A DNA stretch of 64,000 nucleotides from Eledone cirrhosa. Lineage: Eukaryota. Position numbers and translations under genes: made by a program. The first letter of the stretch is position 1. Each line of letters begins with the position of its first letter. Below the pieces are notes generated by a model that was not told the DNA's origin, ran no database searches, and saw only the letters and a list, made by a program, of their open reading frames with translations. The stretch is taken from assembly GCA_964016885.1 (NCBI GenBank), contig OZ024764.1, positions 14,012,001 through 14,076,000 on the forward strand, in the 5' to 3' direction. Positions 43,942 to 56,115 of the stretch are shown here, in pieces.

Positions 43942-45617
43942 CTGGAAAAAAAGAAAATACACACACAACATAAATATATATATATATACACACACATATA
44001 TATAGACACACACATATATATAGACACACATAGAAACAAAATGGCGTAGGATAGAAGAAAGGAAAGGCACAGAAACAAAGAAAGGAATCCCCGGTCACTG
44101 AAGAGGTCACAGAGTGTGTGACAAAAGGACTATGACTATATATAAACAACTATCTGGTTGTGGAACCAACCAACCAACCAACCAGAAATTTATAAGTTTG
44201 TAAATTTGTAAATTTATAAATTTATAAATATATAATAAATTGAAGTGAAAACAACTGGTGCGTGTGTTTCTTATTGGCAACATGACCCTCCCAAAGTATA
44301 ACAATATATATATATATATATATATATAGCGAAACCTACAGTCAGTAGGCACCTCTTAACCAAAATACACCCCCGTCCCAACCCTACCCCCACCGCCATC
44401 TACACCACCCTTTCACTGAAAGTTATGTTGGTATCATAACATCCAGTCCTAAACAAATGAGGTCGTGTAGGTGTCACGACAAAAAAACACACACAGTCCA
44501 CGCTGCAATGTGGCCGTGTAGGTAACACGGTAAAAACCTCCCAGTCCACACTGTAAATGTGGTTGGTGTTAGGAAGGGCACCCAGCTGTAGAAAACCCGC
44601 CAGACGTATAGGTGTCACGACAAAAAAACACACAGTCCACGCTGTAATGTGGCCGTGTAGGTAACACGGTAAAAACCTCCCAGTCCACACTGTAAATGTG
44701 GTTGGTGTTGGGAAGGGCATCCAGCCGTAGAAAACCTGCCAGACAGTCCTGAGCAAGACAACCTCAATCTTGCCTCAAGTGGGACAATTCTCGTCCAGAC
44801 CCATGCTAGCGTGGAAAATGGACGTTAAACAATGATGATGTTAATGATGACTAGCCCAATTACCCGCGCCTTGCTGCGTTTCACACATTTCTTTTTTGTA
44901 AGAAAATGATGATTGATTTTAAATCAATGATATAATTTATGGAGAAAACCTCTGCATTTCAACATTACTTTATGTATAATGTAATGCATGAAAAATTGGT
45001 AAACAATATTTTTTATGCTTTCCAGCATAGTTACGTCCCTTTACGATCTGAGTTCAAATCCCGCCGAGGTTGACTTTGCCTTTCATCCTTACGGGGTCGA
45101 TAAAATAAAGTACCAGTAATGCACTGGGTAATTGCTGGCCTTGTGCCTAAAGTAGAAACAATTATTTTTTGTAATATATCAAGTCAAAATTACATTATTA
45201 AATCTTATTCTTATTTTGTTTCTTGTAAATAATTGTTTCTACTTTTGGCACAAGGCCAGCAATTACCCAGTGCATTACTGGTACTTTATTTTATCGACCC
45301 CGTAAGGATGAAAGACAAAGTTTAATCACGGAGTTACCTCTCTTGAATGGAATAAAAATAATTTGTTTCTACTTTTTGGCACAAGGCCAGCAATTATCCC
45401 AGTGTATTACTGGTACTTTATTGTATCGACCCCCATAAGGATGAAAGGCAAAGTTGACCTCGGCGGAATTTGAACTCAGAATGGAAAGGGCCGTAACTCT
45501 ATGCGTCAAAGCATGGCGTCCGACCCTCTACCGATACTGCCAATCCACTCTTCTCAATAATGGTAGCTGTTTATTGTAATATATTTGCTAGCTGTTTAAA
45601 CAAAGAGAGAGAGATAG

Positions 45618-45655
<38 letters not shown>

Positions 45656-45687
45656 TCATCATCATTTTACGTCCGCTTTTCCCTGCT

Positions 45688-45724
<37 letters not shown>

Positions 45725-45732
45725 CTGAGAGA

Positions 45733-45783
<51 letters not shown>

Positions 45784-45945
45784 GAAGAGGGAGAGAGAGA
45801 GAGAGAGACCAAGGGGGAGAGAGAGAGAGATAGACCGAGAGGGAGAGAGAGAGACCAAGGGAGAGAGAGATAGACCGAGAGACCAAGAGAGAGAGAGAGA
45901 GAGAGACGAAGAGGGAGAGAGAGAGAGAGATAGACCGAGAGACCA

Positions 45946-45978
<33 letters not shown>

Positions 45979-45986
45979 TAGACCAA

Positions 45987-46058
<72 letters not shown>

Positions 46059-46081
46059 GAAAATCTAAAAATAATCCTCAC

Positions 46082-46222
46082 AGAAGAAGTTTGAAGCAGG
46101 AATTCAGTGGTTTCCTTCTGTTTAGCTAACAAGCTATGTTTTAGGGGCCAATTAAACTGAAGAAGTGCATTCTTTCTCTGTTGCTGCAGGGCTTTCTTTA
46201 AGGCCTTTGTGTGAGCCTGCAT
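46082..46222 (-). CDS. Coding exon 3 (MQAHTKALKK...FLLQTSS)
   Basis: Acceptor tttcag|ATG, donor TCT|GTGAGG, 141 nt, phase 0 at both ends, complex sequence between simple repeats. Confidence 0.75.
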
Positions 46223-46344
46223 CTGAAATATATATAAAAGGGGTACAACAGGGGTTAGTATTTAAAACATCTATTTCTTTAAATTTGAAGAAAAAAAAAA
46301 AAATCAAGAATTTCAAAGGATTTAGTAGACTATGGGGGGGGGGT

Positions 46345-46900
46345 GAGAAGAAGAAGAAGAAGAAGAAGAAGAAGAAGAAGAAGAAGAAGAAGAAGAAGAA
46401 GAAGGAAAAGAAGAAGAAGAAGGAAAAGAAGAAGAAGAAGAAGAAGAAGAAAAAGAAGGAAAAGAAGAAGAAGAAGGAGGAGAAGAAGGAGAAGGAAAAG
46501 CAAGAAGAAAAAGAAGAAAAAGAAGAAAAAGAAGAAAAAGGAAAAGAAGAAAAAGAAGGAGAAAAAGAAGGAAAAGAAGTAAAAGGAGAAAAAGAAGGAA
46601 AAGGAAAAGGAAAAGAAGAAAAAGAAGGAAAAAAAAGGAAAAGAAGAAGAAAAAGAAGAAGAAGGAAAAGAAGAAGAAGAAGAAGAAGAAGGAAAAGAAG
46701 AAGAAGAAGGAGGAGAAGAAGGAGAAGGAAAAGCCAGAAGAAAAAGAAGAAAAAGAAGAAAAAGAAGAAAAAGGAAAAGAAGAAAAAGAAGGAGAAAAAG
46801 AAGGAAAAGAAGTAAAAGGAGAAAAAGAAGGAAAAGGAAAAGGAAAAGAAGAAAAAGAAGGAAAAAAAAGGAAAAGAAGAAGAAAAAGAAGAAGAAGAAG
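46345..46900. repeat. (GAA)n purine tract in intron 2
   Basis: Direct inspection. Confidence 0.9.
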
Positions 46901-46936
46901 TTAGGGTTAGGTAAAGAATGGTAGTAAGTAACTCAC

Positions 46937-47106
46937 TTTTCTCCATTTCACCTTCTTGAGGGGCGGCACCCAGGCACTCTCTGGTTCCACATGACTCCCG
47001 ACCAGCTTCACTTCCCACATCCCTATCTGGTCGGAATGCATGGTAAGCAGTACCTTGAAAGAACACCTGTGGCCCATCTTGGCTCTCTCGCTCTTCTTCG
47101 GACAAT
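46937..47106 (-). CDS. Coding exon 2 (DCPKKSERAKMGHRCSFKVLLTMHSDQIGMWEVKLVGSHVEPESAWVPPLKKVKWRK)
   Basis: Acceptor ttgtgcag|AT completes the phase-1 codon as GAT. Donor AAA|GTGAGT. 170 nt. Continues the Cys/His pattern of exon 1. Confidence 0.85.
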
Positions 47107-47802
47107 CTGCACAAGTTATAACCATGATTAGCAGAAATAAAATATACCGGTAATGAACTGGGGTTCGATTTAATCAACATCCCCCCCCCCCCCTTTTGCT
47201 CTTCTTCGGACAATCTGCACAAGTTATAACTATGATTAGCAGAAATAAAAATATACCTGTAATGAACTGGGGTTCGATTTAATCAACATCCCTCCCCTCC
47301 CCCCCTTTTGCTCTTCTTTGGACAATCTGCACAAGTTATAACCATGATTAGCAGAAATAAAATATACCTGTAACGAACTGGGGTCGATTTAATCAACATC
47401 CCCCCCCCCCCCCTTTGCTCTTCTTCGGACAATCTGCACAAGTTATAACTATGATTAGCAGAAATAAAGTACCGGTAATGAACTGGGGATCGATTTAATC
47501 AACATCCCCCCCCCCCCTTTTGCTCTTCTTTGGACAATCTGCACAAGTTATAACCATGAGTAGCAGAAATAAAATATACCTGTAACGAACTGGGGGTCGA
47601 TTTAATCAACACCCCCCCCCCCCCTTTTGCTCTTCTTCGGACAATCTGCAGAAGTTATAACCATGATTAGCAGAAATAAAGTACCGGTAATGAACTGGGG
47701 ATCGATTTAATCAAGCATCCCCCCCCCCCCTTTTGCTCTTCTTTGGACAATCTGCACAAGTTATAATCATGAGTAGCAGAAATAAAGTACCGGTAACGAA
47801 CT
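47090..47802. repeat. 105-112-bp tandem repeat containing the exon-2 splice acceptor
   Basis: gctcttcttcggacaatctgcacaag occurs seven times, separated by C-runs. Confidence 0.9.
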
Positions 47803-47990
47803 CTGTGTGTGTGTGAGAGACAGGTTTAGCTGGCCTCCTCCAAGGTATATCTCGTTGGAGGTGTCTCGGGTGATTTAATGATAGGGACTCCAGTCCTATC
47901 ATCTCATTTCTACAGCTGAGTAAACTGGAGCAACGTGAAAGAAAGTGTCTTGCTCAAGGACACAACACATCACCCGGTCTGAGAATTGAA

Positions 47991-48035
<45 letters not shown>

Positions 48036-48758
48036 TACATATACATACAAATATATATGACCCTATAGGAGGTGTGTTTTAAGACTCAGCCCATGACCAC
48101 TTTACAGTGGAATGATAGGGACCCCAGTCCCTATCATCTCATTTCTACAGCTGAGTAAACTGGAGCACGTGAAATAAAGTGTCTTGCTCAAGGAAACAAC
48201 ACATCACTCGGTCTAAGAATTGAACTCACAACCTTTTGATTGCAAGGCCAATGCTCTAACCACTAAGCCATGCACCTTAACGAAGTGGGGTCGATTTAAT
48301 CGAAACTCACCATTACCTCCTTCTACCAGTATAACATACCAGTAATGAACTGAGTCAACTTAATCAACATCCCCCCCCCCCTGCTGATGGCTTATTCGCT
48401 CTTCTTTGGACAATCTGTAAAAGTTACAACCTTGATTAGCAGAAATAAAGTACCAGTAATGCACTGAGGTCAATTTATTCGAAACTCCCTAGTGCTTTCT
48501 ACCAGTATAACATACCAGTAATGAACTGGGGTTGATGATTTAATTGATGTCTTCCCTTTACTGATGGTGAATCTTGGCTCACTTGCTCTTCTTCAGATAA
48601 TCTATTTATAATTTCTGTTTACCTTTTGCATACATATACATATATATATTTGGTGAGTAATAGTGTAACAGGTTTTTACCGCCTCCATTCTGACATATAT
48701 AGATATATATATAAAATGTTCTTGTGATATTATATTTGTGCTTCAACCTTTATTATAT

Positions 48759-48803
48759 ACTCTGATGATTCCAGCCTTGTGCTTGGATGAAACGATCGTA
48801 AGT
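48759..48803 (+). ncRNA. Hammerhead motif, family F
   Basis: act-CTGATGA-ttccagc...gcttggat-GAA-ACGATCGT-A-agt. Confidence 0.75.
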
Positions 48804-49049
48804 CATTAAATATTCTAAACACTCTTTGGATTTTAGTCTTCAAATTTATTATTATTACTATATATATATAAACACACATAATCATCATTATTTAACGTCC
48901 GTTTTCCATGCTAGCATGGATAAGATGTTCAATCCCGTTGTGAGACGTCCAGATCAGAGGAACTTGTGTTGCTGACACAGAACAGATTTTAACTTGGTTT
49001 TTACAGTTTGATGCCCTTCCTAACGCCAACCACATTTACAGTTCCTACT

Positions 49050-49935
49050 GGGTGCTTTTTGTCGTGACACCTACATGACCACTTTAGTGTGGACTAGGAG
49101 CTTTTTATCGTGATTCCTACATGACCACTTTACAGTGCGTATGGGTGTTTTTTGTCATGATACCTACACAAACACTTTAGTATGGACTGGGGCCTTTTCA
49201 TCGTGACTCCTACATGACCGCTTTACAGTGTGGGCTGGGTGCTTTTTATTGTGGCTCCTACGTGAGCACTTTACAGTGTGGACTGGGTGCTTTTTGTTGT
49301 GACACCTACATGACTGCTTTACAGTGTGGACTGGGTGCTTTTTGTTGTGACACCTACATGACTGCTTTACAGTGTGGACTGGGTGCTTTTTGTTGTGACA
49401 CCTACATGACCACTTTACAGTGTGGACTGGGTGCTTTTTGTTGTGACACCTACATGACTGCTTTACAGTGTGGACTGGGTGCTTTTTGTTGTGACACCTA
49501 CATGACTGCTTTACAGTGTGGACTGGGTGCTTTTTGTCATGACACCTACATGACCGCTTTACAGTGTGGACTGGGTGCTTTTTGCTGTGACACCTACATG
49601 ACCACTTTACAGAGTGGACTGGGTGCTTTTTGTTGTGACACCTACATGACTGCTTTACAGTGTGGACTGGGTGCTTTTTGTTGTGACACCTACATGACTG
49701 CTTTACAGTGTGGACTGGGTGCTTTTTGTTGTGACACCTACATGACTGCTTTACAGTGTGGACTGGGTGCTTTTTGCTGTGGCTCCTACATGATCACTTT
49801 ACAGTGTGGACTGGGTACTTTTTGTTGTAACTCCTACATGACCACTTTACAGTGTGGACTGGGTACTTTTTGTTGTAACTCCTACATGACCACTTTACAG
49901 TGTGGACTGGGTGCTTTTTGTCGTGACACCTACAT
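49050..49935. repeat. 48-bp minisatellite, same family, opposite strand
   Basis: ctttacagtgtggactgggtgctttttgttgtgacacctacatgactg. Confidence 0.95.
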
Positions 49936-50343
49936 ATATATATATACACACACCACCACCACCATCATCATCACTGTTTAACTATTTTTCCATACTTGTA
50001 TGGGTTAGCTGGGTTATCGCATTATGAAACACGTCAGGTCCAGAAACTATGTCTTACCCACACAGATCTGTATTTTAACTTGCTTTCTATGGTTAGATGT
50101 CCTCCCTAACACCATCCATGTTAACAGACATTCCCCTGCCCCCAAATTGCTGGCCTTGTGCCTAAATCAGAAACCACTTATATGAGGGGCTGCAGGAGTT
50201 AGGGTGAAGAACCCAATGAAATTTAAGTACCTGTATAATGTCACAGTTGTAACTAATTATACTTAACTTAATGGTATAAGTTGACTGGACTTATACCATT
50301 AAGTTCTCATGAAGATATGTTACTATCTTAACACCAATTATTA

Positions 50344-50404
50344 TATTTTATCTGACGAAAGCATATTTAAATATTAGTACCCTTGAAATACGAATAATAA
50401 AATA
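50344..50404 (+). ncRNA. Hammerhead motif, family D-related
   Basis: tattttat-CTGACGA...GAA-ATACGAAT-A-ataaaata with weak stem II. Confidence 0.6.
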
Positions 50405-50506
50405 AATATGATTTTATAAAGATATTTTCCATTTATTAATATTATTAATATATATATATATATTAATTCAAAATATTAACAAAATAGATATTCTTGTGAT
50501 CAATTA

Positions 50507-50573
50507 TATTTTATTATACATATTTCAGAGGTACTGAATTAAGTTCAACAGTACGTCCTCATCAGATAAAATA
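50507..50573 (-). ncRNA. Hammerhead motif, family D2, sense in intron 1
   Basis: Near-identical to 22106-22172. Intact core and 8-bp stem I. Confidence 0.85.
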
Positions 50574-50655
50574 AAATGATACATGACATACCCTGATATG
50601 GTAGATGGTTAAGGTTTAATCAAGGTAGTGATTAACTTAATATATATATAAGTAT

Positions 50656-50709
<54 letters not shown>

Positions 50710-51489
50710 TCATCATCATCATCAGGTTTAGCGTCCGTGTTCCACGCTTGCATGGGTTTGGACGGGGGTTTTCCCACTTGAGGCAAGAGTGGTTGTCTTG
50801 CTCGCATAGGACTGTCTGGCAGGTTTTCTACAGCTGGATGCCCTTCCTAACACCAACCACATTTACAGTGTGGGTCTGGGAGGTTTTTACCGTGTTGCCT
50901 ACACGGCCACATTTACAGCGTGGACTGTGTGTTTTTTTGTCGTGACACCTACACAACCTCATTTGTTTCGGCCTGGATGTTGTGGCACCAACATAACTTT
51001 ACATAGAACGGGGTGGTGTGGATGGGGTGGGGGGTGGGGGTGGTGGGACGAGGGGAGGGATATTTTGTTAGAGATGCCTACTGACTGTAGTAGGTTTTAC
51101 TATGTATTTAGGTAAGGCGGGTCTTCTCTGTTACTGAGTACCGCCAAAGGTCTCGATATATATATATATATATATTGAAAGGGCAAAGGTGATTATTAAA
51201 AGTCTCTGGATTTCACAAATCATATTAGATTCAAATATCACAGAGGGGGGGGGGGGGGGGGGTGAGAGAAATGAGGCGGAACAGAAATGAAACATGGATT
51301 ACAGGTTAAAATATAGCCTAGATAGATGTGAAACAAAACGAGGATGTAGTTTATGGAACACCTAAATGATTTAGAAGTCGACCTTAAGTAGGAGCAATAA
51401 GATTAAGGAAGACACGAACGACACCACAACACTTTGGTTTGAAAATTTTGAAAGTAGGTTTATAAGTATGAATTTTCATAAGATTTTTG

Positions 51490-51716
51490 TAGTTGTCTCT
51501 GTGGCCTAGCGGTAAGTACTGGAGACGGTGGAGATCCTGGTTCTGGGTTCAATCCTGGTTGAGAGGTACATGTAACCTTTTTCGGTTTTTATTTTAGAAC
51601 CCATAGAAAAAAACTGAAAAGGTTGACCAGGAACCCTACCCCCAACCAGGATTGAACTTCAGACCAGGATCACCACTGACTGTGTGTCTCCCAACTAGGC
51701 CACAGAGACATCTACT
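51490..51716. other. Inverted pair of tRNA-like Pol III heads
   Basis: TGGCCTAGCGG...GGTTCAATCC then a T-run on +, with a diverged copy on -. Relatives at 37392-37470 (+) and 8670-8736 (-). Confidence 0.55.
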
Positions 51717-52327
51717 AAAGTATAATGAAAATTGATAAATATAAACCTACTTTAAAAATCCAAGTTTAAAAGATGTGGTGGCGTTCATGGCTTTCCTAGA
51801 GCTATTAGTAATGTTTAGGGTCGCCTTCTGGTCATTATTGAAAGTCTCAGGATTTCGCAAAATACATAATATTTTATAGGGGAAGGTAAGATATTTTACC
51901 GCAAAAATTTGATTGCACTGTTTTGTTTCCACTTATGTATTTTTTCGAAAATGTTATTTATTCATTTTAAAAATTAAATGATAGCATTCTATATGTAGGT
52001 GGGCCCCCTTTCATCTCCTGGGAACCAATATTTTTAGATCCAGTTCGCCACTGTATAATGCTCACCCGGGTGAACCTACAGTAACTCCGCGTTACACTCG
52101 CTGGGTATATATATATCTCCCACCCTCTAGGAACTCTTTTCCTTCCCACCTTTCTCCTTATGAAGGGCTTATGCCCAAAACCTCGTCCCCCACCCCTCAC
52201 TCTCAAGCGTGAACCTAATACCAACACTGTTCGTAACTGCAGTCCTTGTTATTGTTTTTGTTTTGTTCTTTGCCAATATATATATATATATAAATGAAGT
52301 ATTGCCGAAAGAAAGGTAAAGGAAAAG

Positions 52328-52389
52328 TTCGTTCTGATGACTGAAGACAGATATAAATATCTGTCTTCAAGAAACCTTTGGTAAATGAA
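52328..52389 (+). ncRNA. Hammerhead motif, family I
   Basis: ttcgtt-CTGATGA-c-tgaagacagatat-aa-atatctgtcttca-a-GAA-ACC-ttt-GGT-A-aatgaa. Confidence 0.9.
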
Positions 52390-52449
52390 TTAATTATCTT
52401 ATGTTGTTTATTACATAACTATATATATATATATATTAAAATAACAGAT

Positions 52450-53020
52450 GTGAGAGAGAGAGAGAGAGACATAGACACAAAGAGAGAGAGAGAGAGACAT
52501 ACAGACACAAAGAGAGAGAGAGAGAGACATACAGACACAAAGAGAGAGAGAGAGACATACAGACACAAAGAGAGAGAGAGAGAGAGAGAGACATACAGAC
52601 ACAAAGAGAGAGAGAGACATACAGACACAAAGAGAGAGAGAGAGACATACAGACACAAAGAGAGAGACATACAGACAAAAAAGAGAGAGAGAGAGACATA
52701 CAGACCCAAAGAGAGAGAGAGAGACATACAGACCCAAAGAGAGAGAGAGAGAGAGAGACATACAGACCCAAAGAGAGAGAGACATACAGACCCAAAGAGA
52801 GAGAGAGAGACATACAGACCCAAAGAGAGAGAGAGAGAGACATAGAGACACAAAGAGAGAGACATAGACATACAGACACAAAGAGAGAGAGAGAGACATA
52901 CAGACCCAAAGAGAGGGAGAGAGAGAGAGACATACAGACCCAAAGAGAGAGAGAGACATACAGACCCAAAGAGAGAGAGAAAGAGAGACATACAGACCCA
53001 AAGAGAGAGAGAAAGAGAGA
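52450..53020. repeat. (GA)n-catacagac compound repeat at the start of intron 1
   Basis: Direct inspection. Confidence 0.9.
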
Positions 53021-53025
53021 CTTAC

Positions 53026-53514
53026 CTACAACACAATCTCCAATACCGCCACACTTTCTTCTACAGCTCCCTTCGCCGTTACAGAGCAGATCTTCTTTCA
53101 CTACAATACACCTCCTTGACGGTGTAATAGCAAACACCGGGTGAAATATATCTGTTAGAAAACCGTTGGGCCCTTCTTCTATACCAACTAGGTCCTTTCT
53201 CATGATCTGTCGACCTTTACGTATCATGACCGCCTGGTCAAACTTGGGTTTGCTGCTCAGGAATTCCACCAATCTCTCCTGGGGCACGCACTCCGAGTCG
53301 CATTTCAAAGGCCCGAACGTTTTGTCTATATGTCTGTTGTTATGTCTGTGGTTGTTGTGAGTTACTGTTGTTGTTGTTGTTGTTGTAATAGTTGTTGTAG
53401 GTTTTGTTGTTGTTGTTGTTATTATTGCCGCTGTTATTGCTGGGGTGGTGGTGGTGGTTGTTGTGTTGCCGGGGGTGGATGTGAACGATAATGCGGTCGA
53501 CGCAGCGACAGAGC

Positions 53515-53546
<32 letters not shown>

Positions 53547-54445
53547 AGGGTGGCGGCGATGGTGGAGTTATTGACAGTTAATGGTGAGGAGCAGGATGGT
53601 GGCGGTGGTAATAGTGATGATGGTGATGATGATGATGTTATGGCGTTGATGATACTCCGGTTGTTCACGTGTCGTTGTTGTTGTCGTTGTTGTTGCAGTT
53701 GTCGATAGCGTTGCTCCTGGAGGTAGAAATGTTGTTGGCGACGGTGGAGACGGAGCTGCCCTTCCTCGTTGTTGTTGCTGCTGTTGTTGTTGTTGTTGTT
53801 GTTGTTACTGTTGTTATGGCCTATTGTTGTTGTTGTTGTGGGGATATTTGAGGTGTTGTTGTTGTTGTTGTTGTTGCTGTTAGCGGCGGCGGTGTTGTCG
53901 GCAGCGATAAGCTTATTTTCTTCTTCAAAGCATCCCTCAACGCCGGTGGCTGTTGTGGTGATGGTCGCGGTTGGCGAGCCGTCACCAACCCCACCACCAC
54001 CACCACCACCACCACTATCGTCACCATCATCATCATCATCATCGTCAATTTGTATAACATGGTTGTAGTAACGATGTTGTTGTTGTTGTTGTTGGGAATA
54101 GCCAGTGTCCCCTTCATCGTCTTTGCTGGTTAAAATAATATCAATAGTCCCGTCATTATTATTGTTACTAATAATGTAGTTTTCAGACTTAATAATATCG
54201 GTCAAGTCCATATTCATCTTTCCAGCATTATCGTTATTGTTGTAGTTATTAATAATACAGTTTTCCGACTTTATAACATCCAGGTCCATTGTTCCATCAT
54301 TATTATTGTTGTTATTGTTATTACTGTTCCTAATAATGAAGTTTTCTGATTTTATAACGAAACCCGTGTCTATTTTACCGTCATTATCAACATTGGTGTT
54401 GTTGTTGTCGATATTATAGCTTTCCGTTTTAATATCTAAGTCCAT
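53026..54445 (-). CDS. Coding exon 1 of an uncharacterised ~1162-aa low-complexity protein with a Cys/His putative zinc-binding domain
   Basis: ATG at 54445 with an in-frame TAA three codons upstream. Globular segment FGPLKCDSECVPQERL...LLCNGEGSCRRKCGGIGDCVV ends at G|GTAAGT donor. 1420 nt, phase 1. Confidence 0.85.
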
Positions 54446-54780
54446 TTTCTTTTAAACATTCTTATTTCATTCGTTCTGTTCCGTTCCGTGGTTTAATTCC
54501 TCATTAAAAGGTCCAGGGTCCAGGTTCCAAGTTCCAGGCTCTGGCCTGTGTCTGGTATACGTTTGTCCTGGGTTTTTAAACCCTAATTAAGTCGCTGGAT
54601 TCTTTGTTGTAATTAAAGTCCGGTCCCACCGTCAGCCGTTGTCCCGTATGAAATATAGTCCGGCCACACCGGTCTTTTCTTCTTCTTTTGGGGTTTTCAA
54701 TTTACTTTATATATATATATATATATTGCTTCCTTATACTGTACCGTTTGTGTTGTTATTTCTGTTTACCTTATACACAC

Positions 54781-54818
<38 letters not shown>

Positions 54819-55449
54819 GAGGAGGGTGTTTTGGGGGGAGGGGGTGTTCAATATATATATATATAATGGAGGAGAGTGTCGGATTACATGATTTTATATA
54901 AAAACGATAAGAACCTACCAAAACAATCACAACACCGAAAATAATTATAAAAATGTAAATAAAAGAAGCAGAGTTAAGTCGTTCTAAGGCGGTGTTGCTT
55001 GGTTCGACAATTAAACGGTGTTGTACCTAAATATGTTACTATCAACTAACACTTCCTTGATCTTGTGTTGTTGATTGACAACAGTAATCGGTAGAGCGTC
55101 GGACAACATGCTTTGCAGCATATAGTTACGTCCCTTTACGTTCTGAGTTCAAATCCCGCCGCGGTTAGCTTTTCTTTTCATCCTTAGGGTAGGTGGGTCG
55201 ATAAAATAAAGTACCAGTAACGTACTGGAATCGATTTAATCGATTTTCCCCACCTTTCAAGTCGATGACATTGTGCCTAAATCAGAAAGCATTTTTTTTT
55301 TTATTCAAAAGTATTTTTAATATAGCAAACACCACCAGCATACACTGAGAAAGACATGAAAGATAACTAGACCTGCTAGAAATAGCAGCCAACTCTTCTT
55401 TAAAATCATATCCTACTGGCTTATGTAGAATAATAATAATGAAATTATT

Positions 55450-56115
55450 GTGTAAAGTGCTCAGGGGCACTACAACTCGTCAAAGGTGCATGTATAGCAC
55501 ATAGAATAATACACAAATGTCAGGGAAATGAATAGTGTATGAGTCATGATATACATGTGTGTATGTGTATGGAGGGGGAACATTAGGTGTAGTGTTGGCG
55601 AATCTCAGGAAGCATGGAGGCCTTAAAGGATGCAGTGTCTCGACAGCTAACAACCGATGCAGGTAGTTTGTTCCATGGAGGCCTTAAAGGATGCAGTGTC
55701 TCGACAGCTAACAACCGATGCAGGTAGTTTGTTCCATGGAGGCCTTAAAGGATGCAGTGTCTCGACAGCTAACAACCGATGCAGGTAGTTTGTTCCATGG
55801 AGGCCTTAAAGGATGCAGTGTCTCGACAGCTAACAACCGATGCAGGTAGTTTGTTCCATGGAGGCCTTAAAGGATGCAGTGTCTCGACAGCTAACAACCG
55901 ATGCAGGTAGTTTGTTCCATGGAGGCCTTAAAGGATGCAGTGTCTCGACAGCTAACAACCGATGCAGGTAGTTTGTTCCATGCTTCAGCAACTCTGAGCG
56001 TGAAAAAATGTTTCCGAAAGTCATGGGAACTCTGCTGTTTTCTGACTTTGTGGGCATGTCCACGTGTGTTAGACACATGGAAATCAAAAAGGTACTCAGA
56101 GTATGTAAACATAGA
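55450..56115 (-). mobile_element. CR1/L2-type LINE 3' end containing a 61-bp tandem repeat (6 copies, 55613-55982)
   Basis: TRGHAHKVRK...RKHFFTLRVAEAWNKLPASVV...SFK matches the typical CR1 ORF2 C-terminal pattern. Confidence 0.85.

Noticed and set aside
46165-46815. Poly-Lys/Glu ORF on +
   Set aside because: (GAA)n tract antisense within intron 2.
46901-46911. TTAGGGTTAGG telomere-like sequence
   Set aside because: Fewer than two full units.
51747-51932. 61-aa ORF as an extra exon or PLE remnant
   Set aside because: No recognisable motif, and exons 1 and 2 join in phase without it.
52436-53025. C-terminal part of the 669-aa ORF
   Set aside because: Read-through past a GTAAGT donor into a (TC)n intron repeat.
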